From: Chrysochromulina tobinii
Lineage: Eukaryota
Assembly: GCA_001275005.1 (NCBI GenBank)
Contig: JWZX01003412.1
Location: 62,001 to 86,147, forward strand
Reading direction: 5' to 3'
Length of the DNA stretch: 24,147 nucleotides
Of this stretch, positions 1 through 9,256 are shown piece after piece. The position numbers and the translations under genes were made by a program. How positions within the stretch are numbered: the stretch's first letter is position 1; the number at the start of each line of letters is the position of its first letter. The notes under the pieces were generated by a model. That model saw only the letters and a list, made by a program, of their open reading frames with translations. It made no database searches and was not told the origin of the DNA.

Positions 1-363
1 CCATTGCAGTGGCCAGTGCACGTCCGAAGCAAGCAAGCAAGCTTGTCGAAACCTCCAGTGTTCATAATTTCTCACCCACACCCTGTGTGAGAACCACAGG
101 GTATTTCTGTCCACATGCTGTGAATGTCTGCGCCCTCCACGTAGTGTCTCGACGTAGTGTCTGCACGGGGTCGGTGGTCGTACGTGTTTAACGTGTAGCC
201 GGGAGGCCACAAATTAACGTGAACTTAAGTGAACGACCGGGAGCAGCGGGGGCCGTACTGAGCGACAGCGGTGTAGTGAGCGTGTGAAGGGACCGCGCTG
301 AGTCCAAAAGTGTGAAGAACACAGCAGAACAATTCACACGCGCGAGCCGAAGACTGCCTTCCA

Positions 364-818
364 ATGGTGCGCATGTCCCGACACCACCGTGCCGCCGGTC
401 GGTCCTGTGCTGACAGCGCTTCGCCATCCGCAGTCGGCACTCTTCAACTTTAAGTCTTTCCTCATCGTGATTCTCCTCTTCATATGCGCCTCAACCTACT
501 TACGGCAGCAACGACCTTCAATGTTTGTAGAGAAGAAGCCTGGGTGCGCGCCGTCATGGCACCTCTCGCTCGCTGTCCAGCTATCGAAACAACTCCTTAC
601 CCTGTGTGCACTGCCACTGTTCCGCAGATTATTCGGTCTCGTGTACAAAGCTTCTGTGATCGGTGCGCTGCTGAACTGTCCTCGCTCCTTGTCCTCTCCC
701 ATCTTTTTCTGTGCGTTCTCATGCCGCGCCTTTCGTGCGCACGCCCTCAGGCACGAGGTTGAGTCCATACGTTTCGCTCAGCTGCATACTCATGGGTGTA
801 TGGAACTTGTTCTTCTGA
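364..818 (+). CDS. TMEM167: Protein kish (TMEM167/Ksh1 family) small Golgi membrane protein; exons 364-366, 434-543, 628-662, 751-818; 71 aa
   Basis: Three GT-AG introns (367-433, 544-627, 663-750), all with GTGCGC donors. Splicing gives MSALFNFKSFLIVILLFICASTYLRQQRPSMFVEKKPGLFGLVYKASVIGTRLSPYVSLSCILMGVWNLFF*, which matches the kish pattern MSAxFNFxSLLxVILLxICTCxY...IGxRLSPYVxxxC. Confidence 0.95.
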
Positions 819-1184
819 GTTCACTGTGTGCGTTTTTGGTGGACACAACCTGCCGTACTCGAGACGGCCAGACGGGACATGTATACAACGCTACGAGTAA
901 GAGTCGTTAGCTACGTGGTTAGAGTAGCTGCTTGAAGAGTGATAAATCGTGTCTTCAAAACAATTATACACTACATGAGACTCACTGGACACGGCCCTAA
1001 CGGCCCACGCGCACGGCATCGGCAAGCCGATGGCCCACAAAAGCCCACACCAATTGGCCCACACTGCACACTTACCGTACACCGTTTACACGCCACACGG
1101 CCCGCGCGCGCGGCGACCAGGACCACGGCATTCAATACTGTCGCAGTCTGCAGACCGTGCCGTTCCGAAATCGATGCTCTCGCC

Positions 1185-2819
1185 ATGGCGCGATTTTGCA
1201 CTTTTTACCTCATCTTTCTTCCTTTTGCGATGTCATCTGTGACGTATGCCTACTTTGCCCTTGCCGTCTTCATCTGTGTCTTTGTTTTCACCTTTCTATA
1301 TTCCGCGTACCCCTATCTGACGCGCATTCAATCCTGGTCAGTGTTTGCTGGCGCCTTCCTTGTGCGGCCTTTGGGGGGCGTGCTTTTCGGCCATGTGGGC
1401 GACGTTCATGGTCGCGAGAAGGCGCTACTTTTCACGATCCTGGTCATGGCAACGCCCACGCTTGGGATCGGCCTCCTGCCTGGATACGATTCGATTGGCA
1501 TCGCCGCGCCGGTGGTGCTCATCATCCTGCGCCTGCTGCAAGGACTTGCCGCGGGTGGCGAGCTACCGGGCGCGCTCATCTTCGCTGTTGAGTCGGCTCC
1601 AGCAAAACAGCGCGGCCTCTTCGGCTCGCTCGTGCAGGCGAGCAGCGCCGGCTCGCTGCTCTCGAGTGCAGTTGCGGCGACGCTCTACTACACCCTCGGC
1701 GCCGAGGCAGTGGACTCGTGGGCTTGGCGTGTACCGTTTGTTCTGGGCGCGGGTATTGCAATCTACGTGTTCTGCCTGCGGCGCAGCTTCATGCCGACGC
1801 CGATATGGCTCGAGGCGCAGCCGCCCCCGCCCCCACCTGAGATCGAGCTCGACGCTCAATCCGACGCCCCAAGCGCACCGAAAGTCACAAGCATCGATGC
1901 CTGGCGCCATCGCCATCGCCATCGCCATCGGCGCCCGAGGGAGCAGTCTTGCTGCCGCGAGTCGCCGCTGCTTCGGGCGATACGTCTTGAGGGATGCGCG
2001 GTGCTGCGCATCATGTGCGCCTCGGCCCTGGGCAGCGTCGGCTACTACGCGCTCTTCGTGTGGATCCCTTCGCACCTCGCCGAGAGCGGAAAGCTGAGGC
2101 CGGGCTGGGCGCTGGAGCTCAACATGTTCCTCCTACTCTGGTGGGCAGGCTTCGTGATCCTTGGAGGCTGGCTAGCGGACGTGACGCCCACGCAGCTCAT
2201 GTGCGCGCAGACTCGGGGGCGCGGGTGCGGCTGCGGCCGTAGGCTCTGCTACCCGTCCCTCGGCGGATTGACTCTTGTCTGCGTCGCGGGGGCGTCTGCC
2301 GTGGCACTGTTGGCGCCGGCGCTGTTTTGGACCCTCGCTCTCCCGTCCGCGTCGCCGATCATCACCGCCATGCTGCTGGCGCTCACGGTCGGGGCGCACG
2401 GTGTGTTCACTGGGCCGCTTCAGGCGTGGTTCGTGCTCAGCCTGCGCTCTGTCAACAGCCGTTACTCGGCACTAGGGCTGGCGTACAACACGAGTGCGGC
2501 ACTGTTTGGAGGCACTGTGCCGCTCGTCGCCACCGCCATCTCCGCGAGCGATCTCGGGCCGGGGGGCGTGGGCGCGTACCTGGCAGCGGCAGCGCTGGTC
2601 TCCGCATGCACGGTGACCTTCTCCGAACGCTTCATGCCGCTCGAAGCCGGCGAGCCGCCGCTCCTGCGCGAACAGGCGCACGTCGCGGTCGACATGGGCA
2701 GCATTGAGGGCGTCATCATCGACGACGACTACAACATCCAAAAGGAGCCACCACCGGCGGCGGCGGCGGCGGCGGTGGTGACGCCGCGTGTCACGCTGCC
2801 GGGCCCGCCGCCGCCATAG
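1185..2819 (+). CDS. MFS transporter, metabolite:H+ symporter (ProP/ShiA-like); 5' end uncertain
   Basis: Motifs FLVRPLGGVLFGHVGDVHGR, GLLPGYDSIGIAAP, LRLLQGLAAGGELPGA, WAWRVPF and RYSALGLAYNTSAALFGGTVP, plus multiple hydrophobic helices. First in-frame ATG is at 1185. Confidence 0.88.
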   Translation: MARFCTFYLIFLPFAMSSVTYAYFALAVFICVFVFTFLYSAYPYLTRIQSWSVFAGAFLVRPLGGVLFGHVGDVHGREKALLFTILVMATPTLGIGLLPGYDSIGIAAPVVLIILRLLQGLAAGGELPGALIFAVESAPAKQRGLFGSLVQASSAGSLLSSAVAATLYYTLGAEAVDSWAWRVPFVLGAGIAIYVFCLRRSFMPTPIWLEAQPPPPPPEIELDAQSDAPSAPKVTSIDAWRHRHRHRHRRPREQSCCRESPLLRAIRLEGCAVLRIMCASALGSVGYYALFVWIPSHLAESGKLRPGWALELNMFLLLWWAGFVILGGWLADVTPTQLMCAQTRGRGCGCGRRLCYPSLGGLTLVCVAGASAVALLAPALFWTLALPSASPIITAMLLALTVGAHGVFTGPLQAWFVLSLRSVNSRYSALGLAYNTSAALFGGTVPLVATAISASDLGPGGVGAYLAAAALVSACTVTFSERFMPLEAGEPPLLREQAHVAVDMGSIEGVIIDDDYNIQKEPPPAAAAAAVVTPRVTLPGPPPP

Positions 2820-2953
2820 CAACGTACAACTGCATACAATGACAACAATGGACCGCCTTTAATTGTAATCATAGTAATTCATTCGCGACACCAAATTCAC
2901 ACCCCTTTTGCCGCATAGGGCCGCCGCTTTCCTCTCAATTGGAGGTCGAAGCG

Positions 2954-3583
2954 ATGCAGCGCGGAGGGCCCAACCGCGGACCGCCACAACAATGCGGCGG
3001 CCGTCCGCAGACGATGGGTAGTAGCCCATATGGCGGCGGCATGGGAACTCCCCAGCAGCAGCAGCAGCAGCAGCGCAGGGGGGGCGCCTTCGGCACTACG
3101 CAGTCCGATGGCTTCCTTGCACGCCTCGAGCGAGTGGAGACGGACACGAAGCCGACGACGGCAGGCGGTTCGGCGCCCATCACGCTGGAGAACTGGGCAC
3201 AGCGCTCCAAGCAGCTTGCCCAGCTCATTATCGCCAACGAGGCCCGAGAGATGGAGGCACGAGCGAGGCTGGCTCAGGTTCAGCAGCGCCGGGAGATGGA
3301 AGGGCAGCAAATGCCTGCGCAGAACCACATGAGGAACCAGATGGGCCAGGGAGCCACGATCGATCGCCAGATGCAGCAGATGCAGATCCAGCAGATGCCG
3401 CCGCAGCGGATGCAGCAGACGCAGCAGATGCAGATGCAGCAACAGATGCAGATGCAGCAACCCCCGCAGCGGATGCAGCAGACGCAGCAGACGCAGCAGA
3501 TGCAGATGCAGCAACAAATGCAGATGCAGCAGCGCGCTCCCCAGGGCCGGCCGCACACACGGTCGAACATACAGCTCGGCTGA
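2954..3583 (+). CDS. Hypothetical Gln/Met/Gly-rich low-complexity protein (209 aa) with a short central helical segment
   Basis: Open frame ATG 2954 to TGA with GC3-rich codons. Non-repetitive core ITLENWAQRSKQLAQLIIANEAREMEARARL. No family recognised. Confidence 0.6.
   Translation: MQRGGPNRGPPQQCGGRPQTMGSSPYGGGMGTPQQQQQQQRRGGAFGTTQSDGFLARLERVETDTKPTTAGGSAPITLENWAQRSKQLAQLIIANEAREMEARARLAQVQQRREMEGQQMPAQNHMRNQMGQGATIDRQMQQMQIQQMPPQRMQQTQQMQMQQQMQMQQPPQRMQQTQQTQQMQMQQQMQMQQRAPQGRPHTRSNIQLG
3370..3532 (+). repeat. CAG/ATG-rich coding repeat (QMQ/QTQ), including a duplicated ~60-nt unit starting CCGCAGCGGATGCAGCAGACGCAGCAG
   Basis: The unit is visible at 3401 and 3464. Confidence 0.85.
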
Positions 3584-3828
3584 AGCGCGGTCAAGGAAGC
3601 TAAGGCGGAAGGTGCCGCACTTGCCTGCTCTGCTGGCTCACCATGGCCACGGTAAAGTGCGCTGTGCGGCCCGGGTGACTGCTGTATGCGCATATTATGT
3701 GGAGATCGGCTCTTTCGAGGCCTGATATATCATATATTCTGAACAGGAATTTTCTCTCGTCAGATCGCGGCCTCACTGTCTTGTGGCGCTACGCTTCGCC
3801 CGGAAATAGCAGAAGCATGTCAAAGCAT

Positions 3829-3945
3829 CGTCTGGGATCGGCGGGTCGTGCCTTAAGCCGGGAGGGGGTGACTTAAGCCGGTCGCGGTGACTTAAGGGGG
3901 GGTCTTTTCGACTTAAGTCGGTGCGCGCCTTAAACCACCGAGACG
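3829..3945. mobile_element. Internally deleted copy of the CTTAAG-rich foldback/MITE family (full copy at 9485-9732)
   Basis: 3830-3881 matches the reverse complement of the right arm of the 9485-9732 element at 49/52 nt. CTTAAG at 3852, 3872, 3891, 3912. Shares CGACTTAAGTCGGTGC (3909/9658). Residual ends CGTCT...AGACG. Confidence 0.8.
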
Positions 3946-3946
3946 C

Positions 3947-4924
3947 ATGTCCACGGACATGGCGACACCGACGGCGCCGCTGCTGCCGCCCACGGCAGAG
4001 GACTGTTGCACACCCAGCGCGCATCCACCGATCGCTGGTGGTGACAGCAGCGGGGCTCCGCTTTTGGGCCAATTTGTGGTGTTCACGCCGCCACAGGCGC
4101 CGGAAAGTTCCTTTGAGTGCTACCTGTCCTTCCCGGAGCGCAAATCCAGAGGTGTCATACTGCTCGCCACAGACATATTCGGGCTGCATGCGGGACGACA
4201 CGCGCAAATGTGCGACAAATTGGCCGGGGCAGGCTTCATTGCAGCCTGCCCCGACCTCTTTGGCGACGGCCGCGCGCGGGCAGAGGCGCTGAATCCCTCG
4301 TGGCCCATCAAGACGCTACCAAACATCTGTGGCCTTCTCTGCAAGATCAGCTGGATGAAGCGCGCGCTCAAGCTTCCGTGGGACGTCATCGCGCGCAAGA
4401 TCGAGCACACGCTGAGGCACGTGATGAGCGAGCACGGCAGACGCTTCCCCGGCGCGGCCCCGCTCGCAGGCTGCGGCGCTGTTGGCCTCTGCTGGGGCGC
4501 TTCAGTAGTTGCACGGCTACTCTCTGACTCCGAAGCGGCCAGGCTGCCTATGCCAATTATTGGTGGCGTTGGTTTCCACCCGTCGCTGCGCGGAAATGAA
4601 GGCGAGACCCTCGTAGGCGCCGTCACGAGACCCTTTCTGCTCTGCCCGGCGGGTGATGATCCGGTGAACGTGCAGCCGAGCGGCGCGCTCGCCGCTGTTC
4701 TCGTCGCCCGGTTCGGGACGAACACGATCGTGCCATTCCCCGAGATGCTACACGGCTGGATGCCACGTGGTCCACTTGAACAACCTGCCATCCGGCGCGA
4801 CTACGAGCTGGGCCTCGCGACGATGCTCGAGTTCTTCGACGACAAGCTGCCCGTCGGGGGCGATGTGGCCTGTGGAGCGCCTGACATGGCGCCTGGTCTC
4901 ATGAGTCAGGCGCACTCGAGGTGA
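3947..4924 (+). CDS. Dienelactone hydrolase family alpha/beta-hydrolase (CMBL-like)
   Basis: Motifs GVILLATDIFG, CDKLAGAGFIAACPDLF, the Cys-nucleophile elbow GLCWG, AGDD and HGWMPRG. Intronless. Confidence 0.92.
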   Translation: MSTDMATPTAPLLPPTAEDCCTPSAHPPIAGGDSSGAPLLGQFVVFTPPQAPESSFECYLSFPERKSRGVILLATDIFGLHAGRHAQMCDKLAGAGFIAACPDLFGDGRARAEALNPSWPIKTLPNICGLLCKISWMKRALKLPWDVIARKIEHTLRHVMSEHGRRFPGAAPLAGCGAVGLCWGASVVARLLSDSEAARLPMPIIGGVGFHPSLRGNEGETLVGAVTRPFLLCPAGDDPVNVQPSGALAAVLVARFGTNTIVPFPEMLHGWMPRGPLEQPAIRRDYELGLATMLEFFDDKLPVGGDVACGAPDMAPGLMSQAHSR

Positions 4925-5590
4925 TTTGCTCGGCGATTGGCGACGCTGCGCAAGCGATCACACAGGCCGCGGACGACCTACTTATGAGGCCTCTTACGGG
5001 TACTTACGGGGGTGGGCGACGTCGCGAAGAATCTAGGGAATCTAATCCGCCGGGTCTTCGAAGCTGAGCCACCGCCTCCGGCCGCCGACACGAGCGCTGA
5101 GTTGAGCGCTGCGACGTGGCGGCTGTGAAGGCGGCGGCGGCCTTGATGCTTGAAGGTGGACGGCGAAGATGATAACGACGTTGATGATGACGACGTTCAT
5201 GATGAAGACGTGGACTTTGATCTCTTCGACAAGAAAGAGGCGCAAGGCGGCCGGCAAAGCGAAGCGAAAGGCGGCGGCTGTCAAGCGGAATGAGGCATGT
5301 CTTTGTCTTCCGGCGCGGGGAATGCAGCCATCGGCGGGGGCGCACGCGCGCCTTTTTGTTTTTCAACGCCGGCGCTTGAGTTTGAGGTTTGACACTTTCG
5401 ACTCAGTGAAAAAGTATGTGACAGTGACCACTCACGATCACAACAGTAACCACTCAAATCACGCGTGACCTTTGGTGGCAACGAGCTGAGAGTGCAACTG
5501 GGCCTCCCAAGTTTTAGAGTCGGCCCCCGGGAAACGAGATGAGCGGGCTTGTGAGTGAGTCTTGGGTGTCTTCAGTCTAAGAAGGTTGCC

Positions 5591-6262
5591 CTACTGCCCG
5601 GCAGCGGGGCGGTTGCAGTGGTTGCGGCCAGACTGGTCAAACGAATTTGGGATTCCAAAGTTCTCCAACGTGACGTTCAGGCCACTAGCCTTGGCCAGCA
5701 TCAACTGCACCTGGAGAACCCACTGCATGATCTCAGGGTGCTGCGCGTGAATGTTGAGCGGCGGAGCGGCATTAGGGCCCATCACCTGCTGCACAGCATC
5801 GCGAAGATTATTGGCCGCCAGCTTGATGCCGACTCGCGGCCCGTGGGCACTCATCCTCTCCAGCTGATTGTACGTGTACAGAGGCACAGGCAGCCCGTGG
5901 ACGATGTTCGGACCTGTTTGCTCTGCCGGCACTGCATGCGACGGGACATCTCCCGCCGTGCGCGGGTAGATCTCAGTAAGGGGCACCGCGCCCGGGTTTA
6001 CTTTAGGGTAGGTGCCATTGAACATGGGCGTGGCCGCCATCTGGTTGTCCGTGGTGGTCCGCTGAGGCGCGACACGGGAAAGACCAAGGACGCGCTCAGC
6101 CTCTACGAGTGCGGGTTCTTTGGCAGCGGGCTTGTCATCCGGATAGATCCGGGCCTCCTCGTACTGCGTGGGAGGATGACCACGAAGGCCGGTGTTGACC
6201 TCGGTGTTGAAGCGGCGCTGATCGAATTTGTTGGGAGGCCCACCCTTCGGGCCGAACGACAT
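5591..6262 (-). CDS. Hypothetical protein (223 aa)
   Basis: ATG-to-TAG open frame with non-repetitive, protein-like composition and a helical C-terminal half (KLAANNLRDAVQQV...IMQWVLQVQLMLA). No family recognised. Confidence 0.6.
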   Translation of the reverse strand: MSFGPKGGPPNKFDQRRFNTEVNTGLRGHPPTQYEEARIYPDDKPAAKEPALVEAERVLGLSRVAPQRTTTDNQMAATPMFNGTYPKVNPGAVPLTEIYPRTAGDVPSHAVPAEQTGPNIVHGLPVPLYTYNQLERMSAHGPRVGIKLAANNLRDAVQQVMGPNAAPPLNIHAQHPEIMQWVLQVQLMLAKASGLNVTLENFGIPNSFDQSGRNHCNRPAAGQ

Positions 6263-6750
6263 TTCCCGACTTGAATGACCTCACTGGTGTGAAACGGCTG
6301 TGAGCATAGTGAGCGACCTTTGAAAAGCGCGTCTAACGTGAAGATGCATAACGTGAAGCGATTCCGAGTTCGTAAAAGTTTTGTCTTTACTCTTTTGAGT
6401 TTAAATCTGAAGTATCGCCCCTCCTCTGCCGGAGCGCAGCCAGACCCATGGTAGCATACGACCACAATCTCTCAATCGCTAGTCTTTGCCTAAGGGTACA
6501 GACTAGTCATCTGACGCCGACTACTCGGAGTACAATGTATCATGTGTAAAAGGAACGCCCCGAACGCGCACGGTCGAGTGGTCCTGTCGGTCGACACTGA
6601 GGTCGACAGCTCGACACCGCTCCGCACGGAGTCAATGCGGCTCCATGCAAATCTAGCTGCATGCGAGGCAGTGGGGTCGACTCTCTCTCTGGTCTCTCCC
6701 GTCCACTTGCGCGAGGCAAGACACGTGGCTCGTGGGGCACGCATGGCCTC

Positions 6751-7676
6751 TCACTTCTTGGGTCGCTTTGCACTCGACTCCATGAGCGTCTCGACCCGCG
6801 CCAACCCGAGCATCTCTTCGCGATGCGGCAATGACTTGAAGTATTTGGCCGTGCGCACTCGCATCTCCAGGGTCGCATCTTCGTCGCACACCACGATAGC
6901 CTTCGGATGCATTTGGATGGCACTCGCCGTAAACATGTGGTTGACGCCGCCCTCAATGCACTTCTCGAGCGCGTAGGCTTTGTGTGCACCGGTGATGAGC
7001 ACCAGCACCTCGTCGGCATCGAGCACAGTGCCGACTCCCACGGTGAGCGCCATGCGCGGCACCGCGGTGACGTCACCACCAAAAAAGCGCGCGTTCGCAA
7101 TGATTGTGTCCTGCGCGAGCGTCTTGATGCGCGTGCGTGATGAGAGCGATGAGCCCGGCTCGTTAAAGGCAATGTGGCCATCGGGCCCAATGCCCGCGAG
7201 GAAGAGCTTGATGCCCCCATAAGACTTGATCTTCTCCTCGTAGCGATCGCACTCGACCTTCAGATCGGGCGCATTGCCGTCGAGGATGTTGACGTTCTGC
7301 CGCTGGATGTCGATGTGCCGGAAGAGGTTCTCCCACATGAATGAATGGTAGCTCTCCGGATGGTCTCGGGGCAGCCCGCAGTACTCATCCATATTGAAAG
7401 TGACGACGTGTTGGAAAGAGACCTTCTGCTCCTTATATAGACCGATGAGCTTCTTGTAACATGCAAGCGGCGTCGAGCCCGTCGGCAGCCCAAGCACGTA
7501 CGGCTTGGCTGCTGTCGGCGCGAAGTCGTTGATCTTTTTGACAACGTAAGCCGCCACAAGGTCGGCGACCTGCGCAAGTGAGCCGTGTGGTCGAATGAGC
7601 TACTCATGTAGACGCAGGACGTGCGGAGGTATACTCGACGCACCTCTTCCGGCGTGTCCTCGATGATTAGTCTCAT
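6751..7676 (-). CDS. GNPDA: Glucosamine-6-phosphate deaminase (NagB/GNPDA); exons 7676-7644 and 7569-6751; 283 aa
   Basis: A 74-nt intron (7643-7570, GTGCGT...GCAG) joins [11 protein letters not shown] to [13 protein letters not shown]. Signatures [62 protein letters not shown]. Confidence 0.97.
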
Positions 7677-7744
7677 GCCGACGGTTGTTCTGAGGGGGGC
7701 GCGCTCAGCTGTCTGTGAACGATCCTGTGAACTATCTCAAAAAA

Positions 7745-9136
7745 CTAGGCCGCCAGCTCGCTGAACAAGCCGACGAGCGAGCGCACTGCCCGGCCGGGCG
7801 CGCACAGCTCGTCGTACAGCTCGCGGCAGCGCTGCGCCACAGCCTCGGCCGCTGGATCCTCCAGGGCCCACTTGACCCGTACGTCCAGGTCACTCAGATC
7901 CACGGCTGCGGGCACGAAATGAGCCCACGGCTCTAGCTGAGGCAGCGGCGGCAACATGCTCCCAAGCACGACGAGCACACAGCCCGAGCCGAGTGCCCAT
8001 TTCCATGAGACGTCCCAGCCCGTGCTCCCCCCCTCGACGAGCAGTAGCACTTGGCATGACATCATCTGCCGACGGCTCCGCGGTGCTGCTGTGCCGAGGA
8101 AGCCCACATCATACTGACACCTGCCGGTGCAATGGTGCACGAGCCGTGCCCGAAGCGATCCCTCACCTGCCTCGGCCGCGCCGCCGCGCCCGCCGCGCCA
8201 AATAGCGACCTGTCGGCGCCTCGCCAAGCGTCGCCTTGCGGTCGGACGCTCGTCAAGTACCGGTTGATTGGCCAATTCATCTAGCGATTGCAGCAGGTGG
8301 GACCCTGGCGGATGCGGCGCGTCTGCCAGACGGTAGGGCAGCAGTGCCACCACCCTTACCACACATAGCTCCGCTGCAATCTTCTGAGCGAAAGCGCTCA
8401 CGACGGCGTCGCTTTTGGAAGCAGCGGCAGCAGCAGCACTGCCAATGAGGCAGCGAGGCACAAGAGGCACGAGCACGTACACAGCTGCGAGCCTCGCCAG
8501 CCGCCGCACAGCTGTTAGGATTGGACCGTCCAGCGCATGGGTCGATGAAGGCTGATGCTGTTGAACGAGCGGCGAATGCAGAAGAAATTGTCGGCCGTCG
8601 GGAGTGAACAGAAAGGCTTTGCTGATGCCGTCGTCGTCGAGCGGGTCGAAAGACACAGTGGTGAGTAGCGCTGCTGTAGGTTGCTCAAGCTCTGAGTACT
8701 GCTCGCGTTTCAACTTGCTGAGCGCGTTAGCTAGCTTCTGACGCTTCGGGAGGGCATCAACGCCGCTCGCCTTGAGAAAGGCGAGGAGCTCGACGCGCTC
8801 CTCGTGACGCACGAGCAAGCTGCGCAAGGTCTGCTCTCGAAGATGCTCCGCGAGCTCAGTCAGGCCGTTGTTGTCCAAAATGTGCGCAAGGTCGTCGCCA
8901 GTTGAGTCGGCTACAGCCGTGCGGTGAGCCCCACCCTGAGCCAACGCCTTCCGTGCCTCATCCATCGTCAAGCACGGAGAGCACTGTTGTTCCTTGTTGG
9001 CAAGTTGCTCAGATACGCTTTCGCCGGTCGAATCATGATTCCCTTCCAAATCACTGTCCGGGCAGGCGGCCCATTGAGCGGCTAAGTCTGTTACCACGGC
9101 GCTTAGCCTGGTTGGCACGCCTTCGGGCGCGCACAT
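7745..9136 (-). CDS. Glycosyltransferase family 90 (CAP10/POGLUT-like) domain protein with an N-terminal SAM-like helical module; ~463 aa
   Basis: C-terminal motifs AIWRGG, LRARLV, YDVGF, LLLVEG, WKWALGSGCV and LEPWAHFVPAAVDLSDLDVRVKWA are typical of GT90. ATG 9136 was chosen because the longer ORF reads through a MITE. Confidence 0.75.
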   Translation of the reverse strand: MCAPEGVPTRLSAVVTDLAAQWAACPDSDLEGNHDSTGESVSEQLANKEQQCSPCLTMDEARKALAQGGAHRTAVADSTGDDLAHILDNNGLTELAEHLREQTLRSLLVRHEERVELLAFLKASGVDALPKRQKLANALSKLKREQYSELEQPTAALLTTVSFDPLDDDGISKAFLFTPDGRQFLLHSPLVQQHQPSSTHALDGPILTAVRRLARLAAVYVLVPLVPRCLIGSAAAAAASKSDAVVSAFAQKIAAELCVVRVVALLPYRLADAPHPPGSHLLQSLDELANQPVLDERPTARRRLARRRQVAIWRGGRGGAAEAGEGSLRARLVHHCTGRCQYDVGFLGTAAPRSRRQMMSCQVLLLVEGGSTGWDVSWKWALGSGCVLVVLGSMLPPLPQLEPWAHFVPAAVDLSDLDVRVKWALEDPAAEAVAQRCRELYDELCAPGRAVRSLVGLFSELAA

Positions 9137-9153
9137 TGGACCCGCGTGAAGAG

Positions 9154-9256
9154 CTGTCGAGTAAACACCTCTCTTTCCCCACAGCACGCTGTGACGCTCG
9201 GGCAATGCCGCTTCGCTTGTCACTTGTGAACGAGAGGAGAGGTGTTTACTCGACAG
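9154..9256. mobile_element. 103-bp MITE with perfect 20-bp TIRs and a 9-bp target-site duplication (Mutator-like geometry)
   Basis: TIR CTGTCGAGTAAACACCTCTC (9154-9173) pairs with GAGAGGTGTTTACTCGACAG (9237-9256). Flanking direct repeat CGTGAAGAG at 9145-9153 and 9257-9265. Confidence 0.9.

Noticed and set aside
389..910. 173-aa ORF as a single-exon gene
   Set aside because: It reads through introns of the kish gene; the spliced model gives the complete conserved protein.
939..1184. GTG-initiated N-terminal extension of the MFS ORF
   Set aside because: Eukaryotic context, no transporter similarity and promoter-like sequence.
3280..3693. Cys-rich 'metallothionein-like' minus-strand ORF (CICICC)
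   Set aside because: Antisense shadow of the CAG/ATG repeats of the Gln-rich gene.
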